Shown here: positions 20,711-30,176 of the stretch, one piece after another
Layout of the letters: every line of letters starts with the position of its first letter
Position numbering within the stretch: the first letter of the stretch is position 1
Origin: Terriglobia bacterium
GTDB lineage: Bacteria; Acidobacteriota; Terriglobia; JAJPHL01; JAPKYU01
Length of the DNA: 64,000 nucleotides
Direction of reading: 5' to 3'
NCBI GenBank assembly: GCA_965223005.1
Contig: CBDCVK010000002.1
Coordinates: 32,001-96,000, forward strand
Program-made: the position numbers and the translations under genes
Notes under the pieces: model-generated
Databases searched by the model: none
Told to the model about the DNA's origin: nothing
The model's input: the letters and a program-made list of their open reading frames with translations, nothing else

Positions 20711-21334
20711 TTATTCTCCGATCACTTTCTTTCGAGACTCGGCGATAGCGGCATAGTCGGTTTCGCCACAGGCTCGGCCTGGTCCTGGCGACCTTGGTCC
20801 ACGTGGTGGTCCGCCTCTCCGCTTCTCTTCCTCCTTCGACAGCCAGGAATGGGCGAACCTATGTTGGTTCTTTTTCCTGCGGCCAGGGTTCGCCGCAAGC
20901 CACGAATCCATCCGATGATATTCGGGGTGAATATTGAGCAATGGAAAGGCCGCTGCGAACCTCTCGTGCTGTGGCTGGCTGATTTTCAGGTATGCCCCAG
21001 CGAATGCGAGCGCCCTACTGCAGGGCGAAGAATCCGAAGGATTCTGAGCCACGGGGGTTAAGGGGGGGGGTGGGGGGACAGGGGGCGGACTGGACGAGAT
21101 TTGTGGCCCATCTGTGGCCACAAGCCCGGCTTCCTTTCTAGCCGCCAACCGGATGAAACTCGAGAGAGACATTCCCCGTTCGGCCGCTATGCGGCGAAGG
21201 TACTCAGCCCCAGCCGAATCTTCCCGAAATTTCAGCACTTCGATCTTCGGGTAACGAACCATGCGCCCGATCCTAACAACTGCCGCCCCCTGGCTTTTGG
21301 CGCGCCTGTAGCGCGCCGGTGTTGGTCGCGGCAA
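20711..21334 (-). CDS. Phage/satellite-like protein: excisionase-like and RHH-like segments, Pro-rich linker, replication-initiator-like C-terminus
   Basis: VRIGRMVRY (Xis/HTH_17-like), AAERGMSLSSFIR (RHH-like), SSPPPVPPPPPLTP linker and MDSWLAANPGRRKKNQHRFAHSWLSK. Start uncertain. Confidence 0.5.
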   Translation of the reverse strand: MPRPTPARYRRAKSQGAAVVRIGRMVRYPKIEVLKFREDSAGAEYLRRIAAERGMSLSSFIRLAARKEAGLVATDGPQISSSPPPVPPPPPLTPVAQNPSDSSPCSRALAFAGAYLKISQPQHERFAAAFPLLNIHPEYHRMDSWLAANPGRRKKNQHRFAHSWLSKEEEKRRGGPPRGPRSPGPGRACGETDYAAIAESRKKVIGE

Positions 21335-21631
21335 CGGTGCCCAGGACCGCGCAGATAGTTTCCAAAAACGACTTCACCGTCGAACACCTTGAATTTCACG
21401 AAACCTCTCGCCGTGAAGCTGGTCAAGGAACCGGATCGCGCTGCGGCTAACGACCCGGCGGAACGCTGTACGCTCTTCCGGCTTGGGTGGGAGGCGACCG
21501 TTCATACGCCGATCCGGCGGAAGTTGCGCGCCGACCCGGCCGATCACGAAAGCGAGGATGCCATTAGCTGGGCAGGTCATTGTGGCCACAACTATTAGAG
21601 TCATTATAATTCATATGTGTCACTCTAAATA

Positions 21632-21660
21632 TTGCAGCAAGAGTTAGCGCATGCTATGAT
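21632..21660 (+). promoter_or_regulatory. Sigma70 promoter (TTGCAG-N17-TATGAT, extended -10) for the 21697 gene
   Basis: Exact 17-bp spacer and TGc extension in an AT-rich divergent intergenic region. Confidence 0.6.
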
Positions 21661-21696
21661 GGCCTAACGCTTGCATGATGTAAGGGAGGACAGAAA

Positions 21697-22284
21697 GTGA
21701 CAGACCGCAGAGAGAAAGCCCGTTGGATCGTGGAGCTTGTAGGGAAAGACCTATCGCGCCTCAGTGCCGCTGAGTTGCTTCCCGACCGCATCAAGCTGCA
21801 CGAGTTCGCCTACCAGGACATACCGCAGACGACGCGCAATACGGCGTTCGTCTTCCCATCGCCCAATGAGCTAGAGGTTATTTCGGCCGAGCAGGGCATC
21901 ATGGCCGCATCCAAAAGACTCACACTCCAGATTCAACGGGAAACCAAAGAGGGGATGGACCTGCTCAGCAGCGGACATCGTTGGACAGTGTTTGGCGATA
22001 CCCGCGTCAAGAGAAATTCGAGGGCTCCCAGTTGCGCCCTCTGGCCAACGGCAAAACGAGGCGTGGTTAAGTCCTACGCTGGCACACTGCGGGAGATGAT
22101 TCTTTGGACGGTGGTAGACCTGTTTGCCGAGTTCTGGCGAGACGTTCGTAGGTGCGCCTGGGGAAAGTGCGGTGCCTACTTCCTGCGCCACCGGAAGCAA
22201 GTCTACTGTCAACACGATCATCGCCAGAAGGCAAATTGGGAACGATTTGTTGAAAGACACCGGCCGAAGCAGTTGAGGAAATGA
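21697..22284 (+). CDS. CGNR-like zinc-finger protein (putative element regulator)
   Basis: C-terminal RRCAWGKCGAYFL....QVYCQHDH motif. GGGAGG RBS before the GTG start. Confidence 0.65.
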   Translation: MTDRREKARWIVELVGKDLSRLSAAELLPDRIKLHEFAYQDIPQTTRNTAFVFPSPNELEVISAEQGIMAASKRLTLQIQRETKEGMDLLSSGHRWTVFGDTRVKRNSRAPSCALWPTAKRGVVKSYAGTLREMILWTVVDLFAEFWRDVRRCAWGKCGAYFLRHRKQVYCQHDHRQKANWERFVERHRPKQLRK

Positions 22285-22658
22285 CTACCGCTTCCGCTTC
22301 TGCTTTCCACCAATCCGCGGCCAGCCTCAGTCGGCAGAATTACAAAAACACGCTCCCTTTAGGGAGAGTCCCATGCGCAACTTCCCCTCTATGATGTTGG
22401 TCGGGCGGCCACCGCCGGTCACCTCCAAGCGTGCAATTGCGGAGTGTCCCTCGGAGCCGCTGCGCAGCTCTGGAGTCTTGGGAACGCAACGAGCTCATTA
22501 CGGAGCCTTGTTAAGATAGTTCATCTTCCGACTGGACAAGGAGTGGGGGAGTTCTTAGGTTCGATTTGGTTTCAATAAGCATTCCCGAGCCTTCCTGAAG
22601 CTTTCTCAACATTGCTATGCGTACCGCAAAATGAACGACTTAGCAAAAAGGGGTTAAA

Positions 22659-22703
22659 CTCATAACCCAAAGGTCGTTGGTTCAAATCCAACCCCCGCAA
22701 CCA
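22659..22703 (+). other. 3' half of initiator tRNA-Met (att core of an integrative element)
   Basis: CTCATAACCCAAAGGTCGTTGGTTCAAATCCAACCCCCGCAACCA runs from the CAT anticodon loop to CCA. The 5' half is absent. Confidence 0.85.
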
Positions 22704-22710
22704 AAAAATC

Positions 22711-22749
22711 AAGGGGTTAGGGAACGTAAACCTAGCCCCTTACTTTTTT
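22711..22749 (+). terminator. Rho-independent terminator after the tRNA-fMet fragment
   Basis: AAGGGGTTAGG..CCTAGCCCCTT stem followed by ACTTTTTT. Confidence 0.7.
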
Positions 22750-22945
22750 ATCTAACAGCCATCTAACAACTCGGCGGGCGTCGGCTCTGAAACGGAGAAG
22801 TCAGAGCTCCCCGGTTTACCTGGAATTCTCGAAGAGCAAGGGCTTCCCTGCACGGGCCGTAGGGGATCTGCCTCTAGTGGCCTGGAGTGACAGACGCGGT
22901 TCCTTGCCGGCGCAGTGGCGCACCGCTGAACGGGCAGGCGTATGA

Positions 22946-23329
22946 TCATTTCGGAATGCGCCGGATGTCAAAGTACGGACGGATTTTTACGGGAATCCCC
23001 CGAAAACCGGCCGCAATTGATGCATAGTACCGATGGAGCCCATGCCATACCCGAAATGGAAGAGGTCCCTGGGGCGGCCGGTCTACATCGACTGGTGGCA
23101 GACTCTGGTTCGAGACGAATGCGGTCAGGATCGAAAGCATCGAATCCTCGTGAAACCATCGCACGCCTGGTTCCCGCTCTGGCGAGCTGACCAGCCGGAA
23201 ATCGAGCACCGCTTCCGCTTTGTCCGATACGAAATAATTACCGGCAAGGGACGCCCTGTTAAGACCGGACCCCACCAACCATGTGTCCGGGATCTCGAAC
23301 TCAACGAAATCGTGAGTTACGTATCGCAT
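22946..23329 (-). CDS. Small stand-alone ParB/sulfiredoxin-like domain protein
   Basis: LPPVDV......FRVWHGLHRYYAS...G...IPV resembles the ParB-N 'DGxHR' motif. Confidence 0.6.
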   Translation of the reverse strand: MRYVTHDFVEFEIPDTWLVGSGLNRASLAGNYFVSDKAEAVLDFRLVSSPEREPGVRWFHEDSMLSILTAFVSNQSLPPVDVDRPPQGPLPFRVWHGLHRYYASIAAGFRGIPVKIRPYFDIRRIPK

Positions 23330-23380
23330 GTGCGGCGAGACAATTCATTCTGAGTCTGTGTCTTGAAGAGCCCCCGAGTT

Positions 23381-23550
23381 TTATCCGTACTGGCGCAGAC
23401 GCTCAACCGCGACTTGCTGTTCCTCCTTGCTGAACAGCGCCCGCCATTCCGGCTCCAGAATTCTTCCTTCGACCGTTAGATCAAGGCGCCCGCGCTCCCA
23501 CAGGGCAATGTATCCCTCTTAGACGCGTGTCGCGTGAAGTAGCCTGAATA
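23381..23550 (-). pseudogene. Remnant of a conserved hypothetical gene ('GY.ALWERGRLDLTVE' family)
   Basis: Translates as RLLHATRV*EGYIALWERGRLDLTVEGRILEPEWRALFSKEEQQVAVERLRQYG*. Has an internal stop and no N-terminus. Confidence 0.5.
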
Positions 23551-23589
23551 ACTGGTTCCAAGTCCGAGTGTGTCCGGTCAGAGAAGCTC

Positions 23590-23922
23590 CTAGCCAGGCT
23601 TGTGTTTTTGCCTGTCTATCTCCTTTCCTACGAACTGCCTGACAGCTGTTAAGTCCTCCGGCTCCAATCCCTCGAACTGCACACCCATCGACGTGTTGGG
23701 AACGACACGCACGACCACCGCTTTAGGTGAAATGATCTCCTGTGATCCTGGCAGGCTGAACGTTAACTGCACCGTCTCACCCTCCGGAGAGGGATTGCCC
23801 GTGTATATCAGCATTCCCCCTTCACTGATGTCTCCCGCTGCAGCGAGGAAGGAAAACCTACCCGCCTGCGTTCCCACCTTGGCGACAAGCTGAACCCGTG
23901 AAGACTTCCTACGATCAAACAC
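23590..23922 (-). CDS. Stand-alone PilZ domain protein
   Basis: DRRKSSR (RxxxR) and DISEGG (DxSxxG) c-di-GMP-binding motifs plus MGVQF. Confidence 0.9.
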   Translation of the reverse strand: MFDRRKSSRVQLVAKVGTQAGRFSFLAAAGDISEGGMLIYTGNPSPEGETVQLTFSLPGSQEIISPKAVVVRVVPNTSMGVQFEGLEPEDLTAVRQFVGKEIDRQKHKPG

Positions 23923-25161
23923 CCTACCTTACCTATCCACCGTAGATACCGCGCGGTGTCCGAGACCACCTCGGTCGACAACCATGCCGAGAAACCTCGT
24001 TTCCTGACCGGCACTTTTTGTACCAAGTGGAAAGAGAGAGAATCCACTTGAGGAGGAAGTGAGGTCATGCCGACAAGGAGTTACAAGCCGGAGCAGATTG
24101 TAGCGGTGCTACGGCAGATAGAAGTGCAGATGGGGAACGGGAAGACTGCGCCCCAAGCCTGCAAAGAAGCTGGAATCCACACCCAAACCTACTACCGGTG
24201 GCGGAAGGAATACGGCGGGCTGAAGGTGGAGCAGGCAAAACGGCTGAAGGAGTTGGAGAAGGAAAACACGCGGCTGAAGCGGTTGGTAGCGGAGCTTTCT
24301 CTGGAGAAGCAGGTGCTGCGGGATGTGGCACAGGGAAACTTCTGAGCCCTGAGCGGCGGCGTTGTGCGGTGGAGCGTGCGTGGGAGCAACACGGGTTGTC
24401 GGAACGGCATGCCTGCCGGCTGCTGGGGCAATGGCGAGGGACACAACGATACGAGCCGATTCATCGGGTGGACGAGGATGCTCTGACCCGAGCGATCATT
24501 GCCCTGGGAGCGAAGTACGGGCGATATGGCTACCGGAGGATCACAGCGTTGCTGCGGAGTGCGGGCTGGGAAGTGGGCAAGGACCGGGTGCAGCGGATTT
24601 GGCGGCGGGAAGGGCTGAAAGTGCCGCAAAAACAAAGGCCGCGAGGACGGCTGTGGCTGAACGACGGTTCCTGTGTACGACTGAGGCCGGAGCGACCGAA
24701 CCACGTGTGGAGCTACGACTTCATGAGTGCCAGAACGCACGAGGGGAGAACTCTGCGGCTGCTGACCTTGCTGGATGAGTACACGCGGGAATGCCTGGCG
24801 ATCCGGGTGGAGCGGAGGATGGGCAGCCAACAAATCATTGAGGCGTTGTCGGACGTGATGTTGTGGCGAGGGATACCGGAACAGATTCGATCCGACAATG
24901 GTCCCGAGTTCATCGCCAAACAACTGCGCCAGTGGTTGGCAAATCTAGGGACCGGGACACTGTACATCGAACCGGGCAGTCCCTGGGAGAACGGGTACTG
25001 CGAGAGTTTCAATGGGAAGCTGCGGGACGAATGCCTGAATGGAGAGATCTTCTACTCGTTGAAGGAGGCACAGGTGGTGATTGAACAGTGGAGGGTGCAA
25101 TACAACACGGTGCGGCCGCACTCGGCGCTCGGCTATAGGCCCCCGGCGCCGGGGGCCTATA

Positions 25162-26555
25162 GAGTCTGTGTGAAAACCGCTTTTGCGAGTCACGTATAAT
25201 GCGCCCTAAGGAGGCGCGATGAAATTCTTGCCCTACAACCCGGAGCAAGCGTATCTGCTGCCGCCCAGCGTGCGGGAGGTGCTGGGAGAAGATCACATCT
25301 GTTTTTTTGTGCACCAAGTCGTGGAGCGGCTAGAACTGAGTGCGCTTGAGCAGGGCTACGTCGAGGAGGGCCGCCCGGCCTATCACCCTGTCCTGCTGCT
25401 GAAAGTGTGGCTGTATGCCTACGTGTTGGGGCTCACCTCGGCGCGGCGGCTGGAGCAGCGGGTGCGGGAAGACTTGGCCTTCCGGTACCTGGCGGGTGGG
25501 GCCACACCGGATTTTTGGACCCTCAACCAGTTCCGCACGCGGCATGCCCGGGCGCTGAACGATCTGTTCACGCAGGTGGTGGAGTTGGCGCGTTCGCTCG
25601 GTATGGGTCGGCTGGGGCACGTCGCCGTCGACTCGACGCGGGTGGCGGCCAATGCCTCGTGCGAGCGCGTGGAGACGATGAAAAAGTTGCGGTCCGAGCG
25701 GGCTAAGGTTCGGCGGCAGATTCGCCGCTGGCAGAAGCAGTGCAATACGGCGGATCCCGAGGAAGCGCCGGGGCAGCAGGTCGCACCGGAGAAGATGGCA
25801 GCGCTCCAGCAGCGGCTGGAGGAGATTCCGCGGCGGTTGGAACAGTTGCGCAAAGTGGGCCGGGACAAGGTTTCGCTCACCGATGCCGACAGCCGATTTT
25901 TGCGGGACCGCAAAGGATTCACGCTGGGCTACACAGCAACGGCGGCGGTCAGCGAAGATCATCTGATCGTCGAACAACGGGTCGGGCAAAATCCTACCGA
26001 CAACGCCATGCTGGTTCCGGTGGTCGAGGCGGTCGAGCAACACTGCCGGGAACGGCCTCAGAAGGTCAGTGCCGACAGCGGCTACTTTCGCTTGGAGACC
26101 ATCGTGGAACTGGCCCAGCGTGGCCTAGACGTCTATGTGCCCGACTCGAACTTGGCACGGGAACTGAACCGAGGCCAACGCGCGCCCGAAGCGCCTGCTG
26201 TACGGCATCCGGAACACCGGCGCATGCGACGCAAGTTGCGCGATCCGGCTGGCCGGGCGGTTTATCAGCGGCGCAAGGCGATCGTGGAACCCGTGTTCGG
26301 GGTTTTGAAACAACAGCGTGGAATGCGACAGTTCCGGAGGCGGGGCCTGGGGAAGGTCGCGGTGGAGTTCGCGCTGGCCGCAACGGCCTTCAACCTCACT
26401 CGCCTGTGGCGCAACAAACCAAAGCTAGATCAGGAAGGCTAGTTCAGCAGACTCCCGGACCGGCGACTCGGCAAAGATCGAAACAACAAAATTCTGCAGG
26501 GGATCATGATCCCTCTTGATTTCCAGCCAGCTAAACCGAGTTTCCACACAGACTC
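25162..26555 (+). mobile_element. IS1182-family element with TATA target duplication
   Basis: IRs GAGTCTGTGTGAAAAC / GTTTCCACACAGACTC. TATA at 25158-61 and 26556-59. Transposase ORF at 25219-26442. Confidence 0.94.
25219..26442 (+). CDS. IS1182-family transposase
   Basis: DUF772-like GRPAYHP..LLK..LYAY segment and motifs VAVDSTRV.ANAS, SLTD.DSR, ADSGY and RKAIVEPVFG. Confidence 0.93.
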   Translation: MKFLPYNPEQAYLLPPSVREVLGEDHICFFVHQVVERLELSALEQGYVEEGRPAYHPVLLLKVWLYAYVLGLTSARRLEQRVREDLAFRYLAGGATPDFWTLNQFRTRHARALNDLFTQVVELARSLGMGRLGHVAVDSTRVAANASCERVETMKKLRSERAKVRRQIRRWQKQCNTADPEEAPGQQVAPEKMAALQQRLEEIPRRLEQLRKVGRDKVSLTDADSRFLRDRKGFTLGYTATAAVSEDHLIVEQRVGQNPTDNAMLVPVVEAVEQHCRERPQKVSADSGYFRLETIVELAQRGLDVYVPDSNLARELNRGQRAPEAPAVRHPEHRRMRRKLRDPAGRAVYQRRKAIVEPVFGVLKQQRGMRQFRRRGLGKVAVEFALAATAFNLTRLWRNKPKLDQEG

Positions 26556-26751
26556 TATAGCCCTCCCCTGCCACTGAAACCAGTTTCACAGCCCCAGGCT
26601 GCGATGTAAACTCTCACTACGGTTGGTACAAAAAATCGGTCTGGTCAACCTGTGCATAAGACAGCACGCTATCTCAGTGCATCGGTGACGGCGGAGCCTG
26701 CATGTTCACCATCAACTTGACAGTGCCTCCGGGCACAGTTTAGCGGACGCC

Positions 26752-26776
26752 AATGTGTGCCTGTTGGGCACACATT
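26752..26776. promoter_or_regulatory. Perfect palindromic operator upstream of the TA pair
   Basis: AATGTGTGCC-TGTTG-GGCACACATT, followed by TGcTACGCT (-10-like) 7 nt before the GTG start. Confidence 0.7.
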
Positions 26777-26793
26777 ATGCTACGCTGTCCTGC

Positions 26794-27087
26794 GTGAAAG
26801 TCTTCGCCTGGGACGACGCCAAAAACGCGAAGCTCAGAGCGAACCGGGGCATCGGGTTCGAGGACATCGTTTTCCATATCGAGCGCGGTGACTTGCTCGA
26901 CATTCTCGAACACCCGAACCCCAACCGTTACGCCGGCCAACGCATCTTCGTTGTCCAACGCGACGACTACGTGTATCTGGTGCCGTACGTCGAGGACGAG
27001 GACACGGTCTTCCTGAAGACGATCATTCCGAGTCGGAAGGCCACAACTCAGTATCTCGGTGAGGAGTCTGACGACCATGAAGATTGA
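26794..27087 (+). CDS. brnT: BrnT-family (DUF497-like) type II toxin
   Basis: MKVFAWDDAKNAKLRANRGIGFEDIV...HPNPNRYAGQ...FLKTIIPSRKAT. Overlaps the downstream antitoxin. Confidence 0.8.
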   Translation: MKVFAWDDAKNAKLRANRGIGFEDIVFHIERGDLLDILEHPNPNRYAGQRIFVVQRDDYVYLVPYVEDEDTVFLKTIIPSRKATTQYLGEESDDHED

Positions 27088-27343
27088 CGCCCAAGAAAAG
27101 GACCTGCTCGAGTCAGTCGAGCGCGGAGAGTGGAAGTCTACCGGTGGCGGCAAGCAAAAACGAACGCGCTACGCTCGCTACGCCAAGGCCACGTTCCGCA
27201 AGGACCGCCGGCTGAATATTCGGCTATCGAGCAAGGATCTGGAGGCGATCCAGAAGCGCGCGCTTGCCGAGGGGCTGCCGTACCAGACCCTGATCTCGAG
27301 CCTGTTGCACAAGTACGCCTCCGGGTACCTCAAGGAGGTCTGA
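27077..27343 (+). CDS. Cognate RHH-type antitoxin
   Basis: KDRRLNIRLS..DLEAIQKRALAEGLPYQTLISSLLHKY is a CopG/BrnA-like C-terminus. Confidence 0.85.
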   Translation: MKIDAQEKDLLESVERGEWKSTGGGKQKRTRYARYAKATFRKDRRLNIRLSSKDLEAIQKRALAEGLPYQTLISSLLHKYASGYLKEV

Positions 27344-27455
27344 TCCTGGCTGGTCCATCGGCCCGTCACCCCGCTATTGTGAACGCCGAGGATTAACAGC
27401 CTAGCGAAACAGCTGAGCCTTCACGGCCGCGACCGCGAGCAGCCCGCCGCACACG

Positions 27456-27558
27456 ACCGCGCGCCGCCTGGTCGACGCCTCCCTCAGCCCCAACACCCGC
27501 CGCGCCTACGCCGGCGCCCTCCGCCGCCTCGACGCCTGGCTCGATGGGCGCGAGTTCC
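27456..27558 (+). pseudogene. N-terminal fragment of a Cre-like tyrosine recombinase
   Basis: TARRLVDASLSPNTRRAYAGALRRLDAWLDGRE. Very high GC; truncated. Confidence 0.6.
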
Positions 27559-27559
27559 T

Positions 27560-27622
27560 AGGGCTGCCGGACAGTGCCGTGAGGGTCGGGAGCATGAGCG
27601 ATTGAAAGTCAGGGACGGGCAA
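27560..27622 (-). pseudogene. mrr: 5' fragment of an Mrr-type restriction gene
   Basis: GGAGG RBS, TTG start and MPVPDFQSLMLPTLTALSG, the characteristic Mrr N-terminus. Only about 20 codons remain. Confidence 0.6.
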
Positions 27623-27777
27623 TGAGTCTTCCTCCGTTCTGTCTACACCCCCGGGGCTAGGCGTCACGCGGACGACTCGACGGGAGTCACCACGATCGCT
27701 CCGATCCGTTCCCGGTAGCTACGGGTGGCAATCGCCAATCATTACCGCTGATCCGTACCGGAGAACGGAAACGGGCA

Positions 27778-27942
27778 TCAGAACCGGAACAGCCGGTTGA
27801 ACTTTACGACGAAGCTGCGGTTGCGCAGATCCCAGCCCCGGTTGGGCTGCAAGCCGCCGGTGACGTCACGGTCGTCGGTGTAGACCACGAACAGCCCGCT
27901 GCCCGGGCTCTACTCCCACCGCAGCCGCAGGTTGCTGCCGAA
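27778..27942 (-). pseudogene. C-terminal fragment of a DUF5916/CBM9-associated outer-membrane protein
   Basis: FGSNLRLRWE*SPGSGLFVVYTDDRD...RNRSFVVKFNRLFRF*, ending in a terminal-Phe beta-strand. Confidence 0.55.
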
Positions 27943-28163
27943 GGAGTTGCTGGCTGGGACGGATCGCCAGCCCCTGGAAGTGCGGCCGGGGCATGGTTTC
28001 CGGGCGCGTCGAGCTAGAGGCGCGTTGAACTCCGTTTATCTGGCGACAAGCTGTTCCATATCTAACGGTAGAGTCACCGAGGTGGCCGAGGGCGTTACTG
28101 TATGGAATGGCAGCAAGGGCAACACTTGTGTTCGACCCCACCGACGCCCCCCGCCGACGACGA

Positions 28164-28603
28164 ATGAACATCACTCTCGACACGAACTGCATCATCGCTC
28201 TGGAAGAAAACAGGCCCGACGCTCGGTACTTGCGCCGTATCGTGCAACGTGCGACAGAGCAACAGTTAAGATTGCGTGTTGCTGGGATCAGCGCGTCGGA
28301 GCGACAACCCGATGGGAAATACTCCGAGAGTTTCTTTGATTTCCAGACGAAGATCGCCGAGATCGGCCTTAAAAAAGATGTTGAGATCCTGCTACCACCA
28401 CTCATCTGGGGCGTGACGTTTTTGGACGAGAGCTTCTACGGAACTGAGGCAGGTTAACGAAGAGGCTAAGCGAATTCACGAGATTCTGTTCCCAACCAGC
28501 CCTTTCGAGCATGAAGACTATTGCAGGCACTTCGGCCTCGATCCCGCAGCACGCGACAGTGACCGGAGATGGCTGAACCGTGCGATTGATACATGGGCTC
28601 TTT
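28164..28603 (+). pseudogene. PIN-like domain gene, frameshifted and truncated by IS256
   Basis: MNITLDTNCII N-terminus. Continues in a shifted frame (RIHEILFPTSPF...RRWLNRAIDTWAL) up to the IS end. Confidence 0.6.
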
Positions 28604-30042
28604 GAGAGTGTCTCACCTTTAGTTGAAAGTCGAGCGGCGGTTCGCTGACCTGGTTCCGTAGAATCGGGTTGGGAAACTTTCTGGAAAGGGGAACCGCCGT
28701 GCAGAGAAGCTACCACATCCTAGGCCGGAGCGATAGCCGAAGCTCCCGCAAACTGGCTGCCTACCTGGCTCGCCACGGGCAGTTTCTGCTGCCCTGGGTG
28801 GAGTTGATCGAACAATCGCGGTTAGCCGTCGACGAGCTGATCGACGTGGTGGGTAGGGCGGCGATTGAAGCGGTGCTGGAGTTGTCGGCCGCGCAGGTGG
28901 CCGGTCCACGCCGTCAGGGCCGGCGGCGCCGTGGGGTAGGCTGGTATGGGCGCCAGCGGGGACGGGTGCGCCTGAAGGAGAGAAAGCTGGCCGTGCACAG
29001 GCCACGGCTCCGGCGGCCAGGCCGGGGAGCGGGGAAAGAAGTTCCCCTCCCGGCCTACGAAGCCATGCAGGAGGGCGAGGGTCTGGGGGCCCGGATGTTG
29101 GATATCTTGCTGCGGGGCGTCTCGACCCGGCAGTACCAGCGGGTGTTGCCGGAGATGGCGGACACCGTGGGTGTGTCGCGCTCCACGGTCAGCCGGGAAA
29201 CGATGGAGGCTGCCGCAGCCGAGTTAGAACGTCTGTTGAACCGCCGCTTCGAGGAAGTAGAGTTGCTGATCCTCTACATCGACGGGATGGTGTTTGGCGA
29301 CCATCACGTGATTGCGGCTGTGGGCGTGGATGCGGAAGGGCACAAGCACGTGCTGGGGATTCAGGAGGGGGCTACGGAGAACGCCGCGGCCGTCCAGGAC
29401 TTGCTGGAAGGTTTAGTGCGGCGAGGGGTGCAGCCGGCCCAGAAACGGCTGTTTGTGATCGACGGCTCGAAGGCCTTGCGGGCGGCGATCCGCGCCGTGT
29501 TCGGGGCCGAGCAGCCGGTGCAGCGCTGCCGCGCCCACAAGTTGCGCAACGTCCTGGACCGGTTGCCGGAGCCAGAGCGGGACCAGGTGCGGGCGGCGAT
29601 GCGGGCCGCCTGGCGGTTGGATCCGAAGACCGGCAGGGCCAAGCTGGAGAAGTTGGCCCAATGGTTGGAGCGAGATTGTCCGGCCGCGGCGGCCAGCTTG
29701 CGGGAGGGTCTGGAGGAATGTTTCACCATCAACCGGCTGGGGCTTCCGGCTTCGCTGCATCGCTGTCTGGCCACCACCAATCTCATCGAGAGTCCGCAGG
29801 CGGGAGTGAGGTTGCGAACTCGCCAGGTGTGCCGCTGGCGGGATGCGGCCATGGTCCAGCGCTGGGTCGCCTCCAACTTCCTGGCCACGGAGAAAAACTT
29901 CCGCCGCCTGATGGGGTACCAGGACCTGTGGATGTTGAAAGCGATCCTCGAAGGATCAAAGTCGGCCACTCGACGGGAGGTGGCGTAGTATGATGGCTCC
30001 GAACCGCCGCTACGAACTTTCAACTGAGTTCAGGACACCCTC
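28604..30042 (+). mobile_element. IS256-family (Mutator-type) element, no target duplication
   Basis: IRs GAGAGTGTCTCACCTTTAGTTGAAAGT / reverse complement GAGGGTGTCCTGAACTCAGTTGAAAGT. ORF 28669-29988 has LYIDG, FVIDGSK, QRCRAHKLRN and TTNLIES. Confidence 0.93.
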
Positions 30043-30176
30043 GTTGTCTGACCTCCATAGGCTCACCGGACACTACCATCCCGTTGTTCCCCTGAGCAAG
30101 TGGTCTCAAGAATGGGACACCAGCCGGTCGAATAATTGTACTGGACAGCATCCCTCCTGGCAGCAAGCATGGGAAC

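Larger units (their letters stand above)
24005..26647 (+). mobile_element. IS3-family element (IS407-like) interrupted near its 3' end by IS1182
   Basis: IRs TGACCGGCACTTTTTGTACCAA / reverse complement TGACCAGACCGATTTTTTGTACCAA. OrfA 24067-24345 ends at the GGGAAAC slip site. OrfB has WSYDF, RSDNGPEF and ENGYCESFNGK. Confidence 0.93.

Noticed and set aside
22659-22703. Functional tRNA-Met gene
   Set aside because: The acceptor 5' strand, D-arm and 5' anticodon stem are missing, so it is treated as an att core.
28015-28055. Second attC site before the PIN-like gene (and at about 26740 before the TA pair)
   Set aside because: Only loose resemblance to an R' box, with no matching RYYYAAC box or internal symmetry.
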